Positions 37,001-50,101 of a stretch of DNA of 64,000 bases are shown here, in pieces. The DNA is taken from assembly GCF_006345805.1 (NCBI RefSeq), contig NC_042999.1, positions 14,818,001-14,882,000 of the forward strand, written 5' to 3'. Position 1 is the first letter of the stretch. Each line of letters starts with the position of its first letter. Origin of the DNA: Octopus sinensis (lineage: Eukaryota). The notes beneath the pieces were generated by a model, which was given only the letters and a program-made list of their open reading frames with translations, was not told where the DNA came from and did not search any database. A program made the translations under genes and the position numbers.

Positions 37001-39927
37001 CTGGCCCTCACACAGATCCTGTTTCTTTACTACCCACAAGGGGCTAAACACAGAGAGAACAAACAAGGACAGACGAATGGATTAAGTCGATTACAATGTC
37101 CCCAGTGCATAACTGGTACTTATTTAATTGACCACGAAAGGATGAAAGGCAAAGTCGACCTCGGTGGAATTTGAACTCAGAATGTAGTGGCAGACGAAAT
37201 ACCTATTTCTTTACTACCCACAAGGGGCTAAACACAGAAGAGACAAACAAGAACAGACAAACAGATTAAGTCGATTATATCGACCCCAGTGCATAACTGG
37301 TACTTATTTAATCGACCCCCGAAAGGATGAAAGGCAAAGTTGATCTCGGCAGAATTTGAACTCAGAATGTAGCGGAAGACGAAATACTGCTAATCATTTC
37401 ATCTGGTGTGCTAACGATTCTGCCAGCTCACTGCCCTGCTCTCACACAGATCCTTCAATGTAACTCTAAAAACATACAATAAAATCATCAAAATCTTGTG
37501 AGATAATGCATGATTATTTCAAAACAATGTAAATAAGTAAGCATTATCTTTATATATAAAAGTAAGGTTGTGTGCTGTCTGTCTCCTACGATTTAGATTC
37601 CTAACTACTCCCACATTTTGCGGTGCAGTTTAACCAAAACCGGGTATCTTATAGTCATGATTCATATCGAGCCCTTCTGGGTATTAGTGCGCGTCTACGA
37701 TGAGATGGCTATTATACTTTACATCTCTAAAAATGCTTATATAGTTATTTCCCTTACAAACCCAAGCAACGCCGGGCGATACTGCTAGTATTTGATAAAG
37801 AAATTTGAATGCTAAACAGTTAAGAGATACGTTTCTCTGATTAATCTATCACACCACAATAGCTGACATTCATCTTGTCAACAGCCAAGATAATAAAATG
37901 TTTATCCATACTCTTGGTATTTCTTGAGCGACTTTGTGATGGCTAGTCAAGCTTGGAGGGAGCCCCTGTGAGCATGGGAGCTACAGAATCAAATCCAGGT
38001 GAAGCAGACTGGGAGTGCTGATCTCTGTGGGGAATAGCAAATATTTGGACACACTGACACACACACCTACACATAAACAGAAATAGGGAACAAAATAAAT
38101 GAGAAGTTATGGCAAAAATTAAAAATGATAAACATACCTCTTTTGATTCAGAGTTTTATTGTCAAACTCATTTGATTTCAGTTTATCTATAAGATCTTTC
38201 ACATCTTTATACTGAGCTTTGGTGCTTTTGTATCTGCAAAAATAACCACCAAGGAAAATTCAATTATTATGTATACCAATATAATGAAAGTTTTGAGCTG
38301 TGTGGTAAGCAGCTTGCTTACGAACCACATGGTTCCAGGTTCAGTCTTACTGAGTGGCACCTTGGGCAAGTGTCTTCTACTATAGCCTCGGGCCGCCCAA
38401 AGACTTGTGAGTGGATTTAGTAGACGGAAACTGAAAGAAGCCCATCGTATATATATATATGTATGTGTGTATATGTTTGTGTGTCTGTGTTTGTCCCCCC
38501 ACTATCGTTTGACAACCGATGCTGGTGTGTTTACGTCCCCGTAACTTAGCGTTTGGCAAAAGAGAGCGATAGAATAAGTACTAGGCTTACAAAGAATAAG
38601 TCCTGGGGTCGATTTGCTCGACTAAAGGCAGTGCTCCAGCATGGCCACAGTCAAATGACTGAAACAAGTAAAAAAGTAAAAGAGTACTTGTTTTAGTCAT
38701 TAGACTGTGGCCATGCTGGGGCACCACCTTGATGAATTTTTAGTCAAATAAATCAACCCCAGTACTTATAATTTCTTTATTTTTTTTTAAAGCCTTCTAC
38801 TTATTCTATCAGTCTCTTTTGCCAAACTGCTAAGTGATGGGGATGTAAACACATCAATACCAGTTGTCAAGCAGTGGTGGGGGGCAGACAGAAAGACACA
38901 CAAACACACACATGTACATAAATATGCACAAGAGGTTTCTTTCAGTTTTGACCAATATTCTTCAAAGCGTTAGGTTTCATCATTGAAGCATCACACAACA
39001 TTGTTTTCATATCGGAGCTAAAATGCTTTCATTAAGCAATTAATATCAATTACATATATTTAAGAGGCAACAACCTCGAAAATGCAGTCCGGTGTGTATC
39101 ACTTAGGCTTACGAGAAAGGGATGGCATCCCTTTGCAAATACCATAAGAGCACAGATAGTGTGCCTAAAGCCAGCTGGAGACGATGATCTCCTGGGGCTA
39201 AAAGCTACAGTAACACCCCACTTTGTAGTTAGCCATATTGAGATGGCTAGTATACTTTACATATATTTAATTTTATAAGTAATGTATCTGAGACCCCCTT
39301 CGGTCACGACACAGACCATGGGATTGCACCTAGAAAGTTAACCTCCCAGGCACAAGTCCGGGCAAGGTTGTTTATGGAAGACCTGCAGTCGCTCATGCAT
39401 ACCAGCCTCTCCTCTCCACGCCACCAGTGTTATCCAAGGGAAAGGCAAAGGGGCCGATACAGCTTGGCACCGGTGATGTAAGGCATGTGTGTGAGTGTGT
39501 GTGTGTGTGTTTGTGTGTACTTGTGATTTGAGGTACAAAAATACCTTGTGGCCTGTTCATTTGATGATTGGTTATGTCTAAGCTGTATCAATAAAATAAC
39601 AACCAAACAAAATACTGGGACCACCACCACCACCAACATCATCATCATCACCATCACATCATCACCATCATCATCACCACCACCACCATCATCATCATCA
39701 CCACCACCACCACTACCATCATCATCATCATCACCACCATCATCATCATCATCATCACCACCATCATTATAATCATCATCATCACCATCATTATAATCAT
39801 CACCACCACCATCATCATCATCATCACCACCATCATTATTATAATCATCATCATCACCATCATTATAATCATCACCACCACCATCATCATCATCATCACC
39901 ACCATCATTATTATAATCACCACCACC

Positions 39928-39961
<34 letters not shown>

Positions 39962-40005
39962 CCACCATCATCATCATCACCATCATTATTATAATCACCA
40001 CCACC

Positions 40006-40039
<34 letters not shown>

Positions 40040-40172
40040 CCACCATCATCATCATCACCATCATTATTATAATCACCACCACCACCACCGCCGCCGCCGC
40101 CACCACCACCACCACCACCACCACCATCGCCGCCGCCACCACCACCACCACCACACCACCACCACCACCACC

Positions 40173-40206
<34 letters not shown>

Positions 40207-41246
40207 TCATTATCATAATTTTCTCTCCCTGTTCCATGCTGATATAGGTTCATCAGTTTGACAGGGTCTGATTTGGGCCGAAGACTGCATTGTGCTCCAG
40301 TGTCTGCTTTAGTATGGTTTCTATGGCTGGACATCCTTTCTAATGTCAGCCATTGGATGCTTTTTGCATGGTGCCAGCATCTGTGAGATTACCATGAAGC
40401 TTGTAAGACTAAGATTGTGCTTCACTGAGCGGGATTACAGTAGAGAAGACGGTGATTTTATGCTACAAAATGAAGGGTTACAGGGTGAGAGAAGGGTCCA
40501 GAACAGAACAGATTTCTTGTGGTTGAGGAGCTATGTGGTTACTCACATTATAGAAGACAGGTTGGGAGGGACCAAGATGGGGTTGGAGAATGGCCAGGGC
40601 TAGGCTGGAGTGTGGTCAGGGTGGAGTTAACAACAGCTAATTTAATCCCATGAAAACAGTTATGAAGGAACCCCTAAAAGATAAAGAATAGAAAGGTGAT
40701 TAAGAACACTGGTAAAATAACATACCCCTATCATTGTTTATTTTGGGGGACATTTGGATTAAAAGCAAACAAAACAGTGATGAATGAATCAGTGAATAAC
40801 GAATCATCTCCCTGTTCTTTGTAAATGGAATGAATAGTAGATTCATTGACCCCAAACTCACATCCCATAGCAGCGAAGCTTCTACAAACATGCACCCTTT
40901 TTGATCCCTTCTACCTTCATATTTTTTCTGCTTACTGGTGGCAAGTGGCTAAGTACAAGTAATGAAATCTTGCCTAACTCCTACCAGCGTCGCCTTACTG
41001 GCACCTGTGTTGGTGGCATGTGTAAAAAGATTTGAGGGAGGCCATTGCCAGTACCGCCTGACTGGCCCCTGTGCTGGTGGCACATAAAAAGCACCCACTA
41101 CACTCGCGGAGTGGTTGGCGTTAGGAAGGGCATCCAGCTGTAGAAATTCTACCAGATCAAGATTGGAGCCTGGTGCAGCCATCTGGTTTGATAGCCCTCA
41201 GTCAAAATCGTCCAACCCATTCTAGCATAGAAAGCGGACGTTAAAC

Positions 41247-41278
<32 letters not shown>

Positions 41279-44200
41279 CAGCACAGCCATATCATCACAA
41301 GTGATAGACAGTGCAGTCTGGGTAGCTAAGCATTGTGGGTAGTCACTGGGGCATATTTTTACAGCACAAGCCGACTCATCTCGATAAGCATAACACGACA
41401 TACAATTGAACGTATTGAGTTCCCCCAAATCAGTTACAAGTGAATCAGTGACAAACAAGGCTACTTGTACCAGTGATATGTGATTAATTCATGTTAATCA
41501 ATATTTAATGAAAATATAATTCTCCAAGACAGTACTTACACCTTAATAGAATTGGTTTCTAATGAAAATGTTTTACAATTGTGGATTTTCTGAACCTCGT
41601 CTTTTACAATTTCCTTGACAAAGAGAAAAAAAACAAAAATAAATAAATGTTTAATGGAATCAATATATGATCATTAGTTTGCTTTATCACTGACATGCAA
41701 ATATGGGTACTACTTAAGAAGAGTGGTCCCGGTGCATGCACTCGCGTACTTGCTCATCCGCGCTAGCTAGTCGTGACTAGTCGATCCTTACTTTGTATTT
41801 TTGTTTTACTCTTTACTCTTTTTACTCTTTTACTTGTTTCAGTCATTTGACTGCGGCCATGCTGGAGCACCGCCTTTAGTCGAGCAAATCGACCCCAGGA
41901 CTTATTCTTTGTAAGCCCAGTACTTATTCTATCGGTCTCTTTTGCCGAACCGCTAAGTAACGGGGACATAAACACACCAGCATCGGTTGTCAAGCAATAC
42001 TAGGGGAACAAACACAGACACACAAACATATACACACACACTTATATATATATATATACATATATACGACAGGCTTCTTTCAGTTTCCGTCTACCAAATC
42101 CACTCACAAGGCATTGGTCGGCCCGGGGCTATAGCAGAAGACACTTGCCCAAGATGCCACACAGTGGGACTGAACCCGGAACCATGTGGTTGGTTAGCAA
42201 GCTACTTACCACACAGCCACTCCTGCGCCTATTTATTTACTTTCTGTAAAAAAATTATCTATTTTGTGTAAAAAAATTATTTATTTTGTGTTTTATATAC
42301 TTTGCTAGGTAGTCATTGTAGGATTGACTAGTCACGACTAGCTAGTGTGGATGCGCGAGTACACGCACCGGGACCACCCTTCTTAAGTAGTACGGCAAAT
42401 ATGACAGTTTGGGAATAAGAAGTGATCTAATGATAAACAGAAAATGAGAGTTAAAGTTAGTAATGTGAAGGACTGAAGACTTGTTACTGCAATATTCATC
42501 CAGAGACAAAATCTCTTATGGACATGCTATTTTAACCCTCTCAGGGAAAAGGCGGCGAGCTGGCAGAATCGTTAGCATGCTGGGCGAAATGCTTAGCCGT
42601 ATTTCGTCTGCCGTTACGTTCTGAGTTCAAATTTGGCCGAGGTCGACTTTGCCTTTCATCCTTTCGGGGGTCGATAAATTAAGTATCAGTTACGCACTGG
42701 GGTCGATGTAATCGACTTAATCCATTTGTCTGTCCTTATTGTTCCCTCTGTGTTTAGCCCCTTGTAGGTAGTAAAGAAATAGGTATTTCGTCTGACGCTA
42801 CATTCTGAGTTCAAATTCTGCTGGAATTTGAACTCAGAACATAACAGCAGATGAAATACAGCTACGCATTTCACCCGGCGTGCTAATTTTTCTGCAAGCT
42901 CGCCGCCTTGAATATCAGAATACTTCAGAATATCTTCTACCTCTGCTAATTTGGTTACCCATGTAACTAACACTATCAACTACCTCTAGGGAACCTCGGG
43001 GGAATTTGAAAGAATCCATTTCCTGTGTGTCTGTAGCATTTGTTGCTCCTGTAACAAGATGAAGGTCTCAGGAACACTTGAGGGGTATCTGTCTTATCTT
43101 GTCACATACAATTGTCGAAGAGAGAACCAAAATCCAACTGTCTTCAATACTCTTTTTCTTTTTACTCTTTTTACTTGTTTCAGTCATTTGACTGCGGCCA
43201 TGCTGGAGCACCGCCTTTAGTCGAGCAAATCGACCCCAGGACTTATTCTTTGTAAGCCCAGTACTTATTCTATCAGTCTCTTTTGCCGAACCGCTAAGTA
43301 ACGGGGACATAAACACACCAGCATCGGTTGTCAAGCAATACTAGGGGAACAAACACAGACACACAAACATATACACACACACTTATATATATATATATAT
43401 ATATACATATATACGACAGGCTTCTTTCAGTTTCCGTCTACCAAATCCACTCACAAGGCATTGGTCGGCCCGGGGCTATAGCAGAAGACACTTGCCCAAG
43501 ATGCCACACAGTGGGACTGAACCCGGAACCATGTGGTTGGTTAGCAAGCTACTACCACACAGCCACTCCTGCGCCTATTTATTTACTTTCTGTAAAAAAA
43601 TTATCTATTTTGTGTAAAAAAATTATTTATTTTGTGTTTTATATACTTTGCTAGGTAGTCATTGTAGGATTGACTAGTCACGACTAGCTAGTGTGGATGC
43701 GCGAGTACACGCACCGGGACCACCCTTCTTAAGTAGTACGGCAAATATGACAGTTTGGGAATAAGAAGTGATCTAATGATAAACAGAAAATGAGAGTTAA
43801 AGTTAGTAATGTGAAGGACTGAAGACTTGTTACTGCAATATTCATCCAGAGACAAAATCTCTTATGGACATGCTATTTTAACCCTCTCAGGGAAAAGGCG
43901 GCGAGCTGGCAGAATCGTTAGCATGCTGGGCGAAATGCTTAGCCGTATTTCGTCTGCCGTTACGTTCTGAGTTCAAATTTGGCCGAGGTCGACTTTGCCT
44001 TTCATCCTTTCGGGGGTCGATAAATTAAGTATCAGTTACGCACTGGGGTCGATGTAATCGACTTAATCCATTTGTCTGTCCTTATTTGTTCCCTCTGTGT
44101 TTAGCCCCTTGTAGGTAGTAAAGAAATAGGTATTTCGTCTGACGCTACATTCTGAGTTCAAATTCTGCTGGAATTTGAACTCAGAACATAACAGCAGATG

Positions 44201-47200
44201 AAATACAGCTACGCATTTCACCCGGCGTGCTAATTTTTCTGCAAGCTCGCCGCCTTGAATATCAGAATACTTCAGAATATCTTCTACCTCTGCTAATTTG
44301 GTTACCCATGTAACTAACACTATCAACTACCTCTAGGGAACCTCGGGGGAATTTGAAAGAATCCATTTCCTGTGTGTCTGTAGCATTTGTTGCTCCTGTA
44401 ACAAGATGAAGGTCTCAGGAACACTTGAGGGGTATCTGTCTTATCTTGTCACATACAATTGTCGAAGAGAGAACCAAAATCCAACTGTCTTCAATACTCT
44501 TTTTCTTTTTACTCTTTTTACTTGTTTCAGTCATTTGACTGCGGCCATGCTGGAGCACCGCCTTTAGTCGAGCAAATCGACCCCAGGACTTATTCTTTGT
44601 AAGCCCAGTACTTATTCTATCAGTCTCTTTTGCCGAACCGCTAAGTAACGGGGACATAAACACACCAGCATCGGTTGTCAAGCAATACTAGGGGAACAAA
44701 CACAGACACACAAACATATACACACACACTTATATATATATATATATACATATATACGACAGGCTTCTTTCAGTTTCCGTCTACCAAATCCACTCACAAG
44801 GCATTGGTCGGCCCGGGGCTATAGCAGAAGACACTTGCCCAAGATGCCACACAGTGGGACTGAACCCGGAACCATGTGGTTGGTTAGCAAGCTACTTACC
44901 ACACAGCCACTCCTGCGCCTATTTATTTACTTTCTGTAAAAAAATTATCTATTTTGTGTAAAAAAATTATTTATTTTGTGTTTTATATACTTTGCTAGGT
45001 AGTCATTGTAGGATTGACTAGTCACGACTAGCTAGCGTGGATGCGCGAGTACGCGCACCGGGACCACCCTTCTTAAGTAGTACGGCAAATATGACAGTTT
45101 GGGAATAAGAAGTGATCTAATGATAAACAGAAAATGAGAGTTAAAGTTAGTAATGTGAAGGACTGAAGACTTGTTACTGCAATATTCATCCAGAGACAAA
45201 ATCTCTTATGGACATGCTATTTTAACCCTCTCAGGCAAAAGGCGGTGAGCTGGCAGAATCGTTAGCATGCTGGGCGAAATGCTTAGCCGTATTTCGTCTG
45301 CCGTTACGTTCTGAGTTCAAATTTGGCCGAGGTCGACTTTGCCTTTCATCCTTTCGGGGGTCGATAAATTAAGTACCAGTTACACACTGGGGGCGATATA
45401 ATCGACTTAATCCGTTTGTCTGTTCTTGTTTGTCCCTTCTGTGTTTAGCCGCTTGTGGGTAGTAAAGAAATAGGTATTTCGTCTGATGCTACATTCTGAG
45501 TGCAAATTCTGCCGGAATTTGAACTCAGAACATAACAGCAGATGAAATACAGCTACGCATTTCACTCGGCGTGCTAATTTTTCTGCAAGCTCGCTGCCTT
45601 GAATATCAGAATACTTCAGAATATCTTCTACCTCTGCTAATTTGGTTACCCATGTAACTAACACTATCAACTACTTCTAAGGAACCTCGGGGGAATTTGA
45701 AAGAATCCATTTCCTGTGTGTCTGTAGCATTTGTTGCTCCTGTAACAAGATGAAGGTCTCAGGAACACTTGATGGGTATCTATCTTATCTTGTCACATAC
45801 AATTGTCGAAGAGAGAACCAAAATTCGACTGTCTTCGATAGCAATAAATAATACTTTATTTTTAGGGTTTCGCAAATACAAAAAATATATATACACATAT
45901 ATTTTCCTTAAGGGCGAACCGGTAGCCAAGTCCACAAGACTGTTCATAAATGTTCACTTGTGTGAGCCAAAATTACCGTCTCTGTTCCCGCTTAGAAGAA
46001 GAGCTTCTCTATATGTAGGGTTTTCCCTGAGAGAAGATTAGGCATGTCCAATCGGTAGGGTTGCTGATTCAAAAAGACAGATTTAGTGGGAATGCTTTCA
46101 GTTTGCAGTTCTCTGCGCATGTGCATGAGGGAACTTCCGGTGGCCTACTGGAAGTAATCCAACTGTGCATGCGCTCTGAAAACTTCGAAAAATAGTGTCA
46201 CTACACTCCAACACATCTTCCACATACAAACATTGCTATCTCTATTAATCTTCCTGTGATTCCACTGCACTTCTTGTGTGTCCATAGCTTGCACTGGTAC
46301 TCACACTCACACACACAGAGTAAGACAGAGAGTTATATATATACACACAAATGTGTATGCGTGTACACAGATAAACTTACTGAAAGCTCAAAGTTCTTTA
46401 TTAGTTCTTCACACGCCCGCATTTCTGATAATGTTAATGAGCTGCAAAAGAAACAAAACTGAAAAGATTAAGCTTCAAATAACATATTGCTGTTTGAAGT
46501 AGGCGAGAGTTTATGGAAATTACAAAACATTATAAATTCTATGAAAGCACATGAGGAAGCCTCAAGTGGATGCTAGAAGTAGCAGGCAAAACTAACTTAA
46601 ATTATGCCCTACTGTAGGGCGTAGGAGTGGCTGTGTGGTAAGTAGCTTGCTTACCAACCACATGGTTCCAGGTTCAGTCCCACTGCGTGGCACCTTGGGC
46701 AAAAATTCAATTGACACTAATAGGGACTGAGGGTGCAGGGCAGCACCTACATTGCAAGAAACAAGAGTCAAAAACCCTTAAAGCCACAAGAAGCACATTG
46801 TCTATGTACTGACAGGGGAGATAACTGTCCCACAGAGAGTGAGATCATTATACTAGCAAGCTAGTTTTGCATTGAATTAAAGCTCATCATTAGTGACTAT
46901 TCCATCATTGATGATTTTATATATATACTAGCAGTATTGCCCGGCGTTGCTCGGGTTTGTAAGGGAAATAACTATATAAGCATTTTTAGAGAGTTATAGC
47001 AAAAAAATGCATTAAAAATGGAATAAAAAATGATGATAATTTTTTTTTTAAATCGTTGACTCAGTGTCTTCAAGCCATGAAGTCGTTGTTCTAAAAGAAC
47101 GCTGGTTTCCTTAACAACGCATTACGACGTTGATTTCTTTACACTCCCTTCCCCACAGCTTCACGAGGGAGGGAAGGGGGAGAAGCAAACAGGTGCAGCT

Positions 47201-50068
47201 GTGAGCGTGGACGCCAACTCCGCCGCCATCGACACACGATGCATTTTATGCATTAAAATGGAATAAAAAATGATGTTAAATTATTTTTAAAATCGTAGAC
47301 TCATCGTTGACGCGCGCTAATAGTCAGACGGACTCGATATGAATCACGACTATAAGATACCCGAATTTGGTTAAACTGCACCGCAAAATGTGGGAGGAGT
47401 TAGGAATCTAAATCGAAGGGGACAGACACTCACACAACTAGAGTTTTATATATATATATATATATATCCGTCCAACCCATGCTAGCATGGAGAACGGACG
47501 TTAAACGATGATGATGATGATATATATATCATCAACTCTAGTTGTGTGAGTGTCTGTCCCCTTCGATTTAGATTCCCAACTCCTCCCACATTTTGCAGTG
47601 CAGTTTAACCAAATTCGGGTATCTTATAGTCGTGATTCATATCGAGCCCGTCTGACTATTAGCGCGCGTCAACGATGAGTCTACGATTTTAAAAATAATT
47701 TAACATCATTTTTTATTCCATTTTAATGCATAAAATGCATCGTGTGTCGATGGCGGCGGAGTTGGCGTCCACGCTCACAGCTGCACCTGTTTGCTTCTCC
47801 CCCTTCCCTCCCTCGTGAAGCTGTGGGGAAGGGAGTGTAAAGAAATCAACGTCGTAATGCGTTGTGAAGGAAACCAGCGTTCTTTTAGAACAACGACTTC
47901 ATGGCTTGAAGACACCAAAACAAAAATGGCTAAGAAAGCCCGAATTTATAAGGGAAGTAACTCTCTAAAAATGCTTATATAGTTATTTCCCTTACAAACC
48001 CGAGCAACGCCGGGCGATACTGCTAGTATATATATATAGCAGTATGCTTAGCGGTATTCCGTCTGCCATTGCATTCTGAGTTCAAATTCCACTGAGGTCG
48101 ACTTTGCCTTTCATCCTTTCGGGGTCGATAAATTAAGTACCAGTTATGCACTGGGATCGATGTAATCGACTTAATCCTTTTGTCTGTCCCCTCTATGTTT
48201 AGCCCCTTGTGGGCAATAAAGAAATATCATCATCATCATCGTTTAACGTCCGTTCTCCATGCTAGCATGGGTTGGACATATATGTATATATATACATACA
48301 CACACATTTGTATGTAAGTGTGTTTGTATCTTGCTGAAGTGTTTCCCCCAATAAAATGGTCAGAGATAGGCACTTTAGCAGGTCCTTTTGGAGGACAACA
48401 AAAATATGTTATATGGTTAATTCATTGGTAATGAATAACTATGATGACACAGAGAGTTCAAAGTGTCTTCAACAAAAGATTTATTGTAACACAGTGAAAA
48501 CGTACACATACAAATGGAAGTTCATTTCAAACGCATTCTTACAAGTGGAAACTTAATTCAAACAAACGTGTTAATACTAAGAACAATTGAATGCTGGTTG
48601 CAATTCACTTAAGTATTTGTTGAGTGTGTGTTGCCAGACATTAGGTCAATATAACAAATTGACACTAGAATAAGTCAAAAGAAAGTACTTATCTAACGAC
48701 CGCTTGTATTGTCTGCCACTTGTGTGTAACATGAGAACAAGAGAGAGTTTCAAGTCCCAAAGAAATGAGTTTAGTTAGTTTCAGCTACCATGCTGGACTT
48801 GCAAAAGTAGATCAGTCAAAAAAGAAATGTTCTGCATGAGTCGTTCTGCAACTGGTTTGAACATGGAGATGACTGTCTTTATAGTGAGCAGGCAGAACTG
48901 TTAGCACGCCGGGCGAAATGCATAACCGTATTTCGTCTACTGTTACGTTCTGAGTTCAAATTCCGCTAAGGTCGACTTTGCCTTTCATCCTTTCGGAGTT
49001 GATAAATTAAGTACCAGTTATGCACTGGGGTCGATGTAATTGACTTAATCCGTTTGTCTGTCCCCTCTATGTTTAGCCCCTTGCGGGTAATAAAGAAACA
49101 GACTGTCTTTATAGCAATGCATGAAAGCACATGAGGAAGCCTCAAGTGGATGCTAGAAATAGCAGGCAAAACCAACTTAAATCATGCCCTACTGTAGGGC
49201 GTAGGAGTGGCTGTGTGGTAAGTAGCTTGCTTACCAACCACATGGTTCCAGGTTCAGTCCCACTGCGTGGCACCTTGGGCAAAAGTTCAGTTGACACTAA
49301 TAGGGACTGAGAGTGCAGGGTAGCACCTACATTGCAAGAAACAAGAGTCAAAGACCCTTAAAGCCACAAAAAGCACATTAAGAAACCTTATCACATTAAT
49401 GATGTCACCGGTGTTCAAACACCTAAGTGACCCCCCCCCCCCGACCGTAGGTAGTAAGAAAGGTCAATATGCGAAGGAGTTAACATAGGCTAAGAAAGAG
49501 TTAAGCCAAAACCATGGGCAAAGGTGATTACAGAAGCTGGCAAAGCACAAGTAATGCATGCGAACACAATATTTATAAAATTAAATGTAAAGAACATGTT
49601 ATACAACACAGCAAATACAAAAATGCAACAAAACGGTTAGAATTTGCAATTTGTACATGAATTATTGTAGCCACAGGAACAAGTATAAACTGAGTTAGAA
49701 AGTTTGCTTGGCCAACATGTGGTGCGACCTGTGGGTGTAAAGTAAGGTTTGGAAGGTGGTATGGAAAGTGTCTGTGAAGGTATTGTAAATGTGGGGAGGG
49801 GTAAGGTTCAGGTGTATGAGCGTCAGTTTATGCCTTCTTGAGTCCATTCACAGATATAGTTGTCTTTTTTTCCATTAACCCTTTCGTTACCAACCCGGCT
49901 GAAACCGGCTCTGGCTCTGTAGTACAAATGTCTTGTTTTCAAAAATTCTAAATTAAAATCTTCCACCAAACTTTAGTCACAATAATGTTCCTAACACTAG
50001 CTTAATAATAATTAAATTATTTTACTAAATTCTTTGTTATATTTGAAGTAATTGAAAGAAACACAGAA

Positions 50069-50101
<33 letters not shown>

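Noticed and set aside
39654-40334. 226-aa poly-M/V/I ORF and poly-His frames
   Set aside because: Triplet repeat attached to a SINE tail, lying in an intron; no splice or domain support
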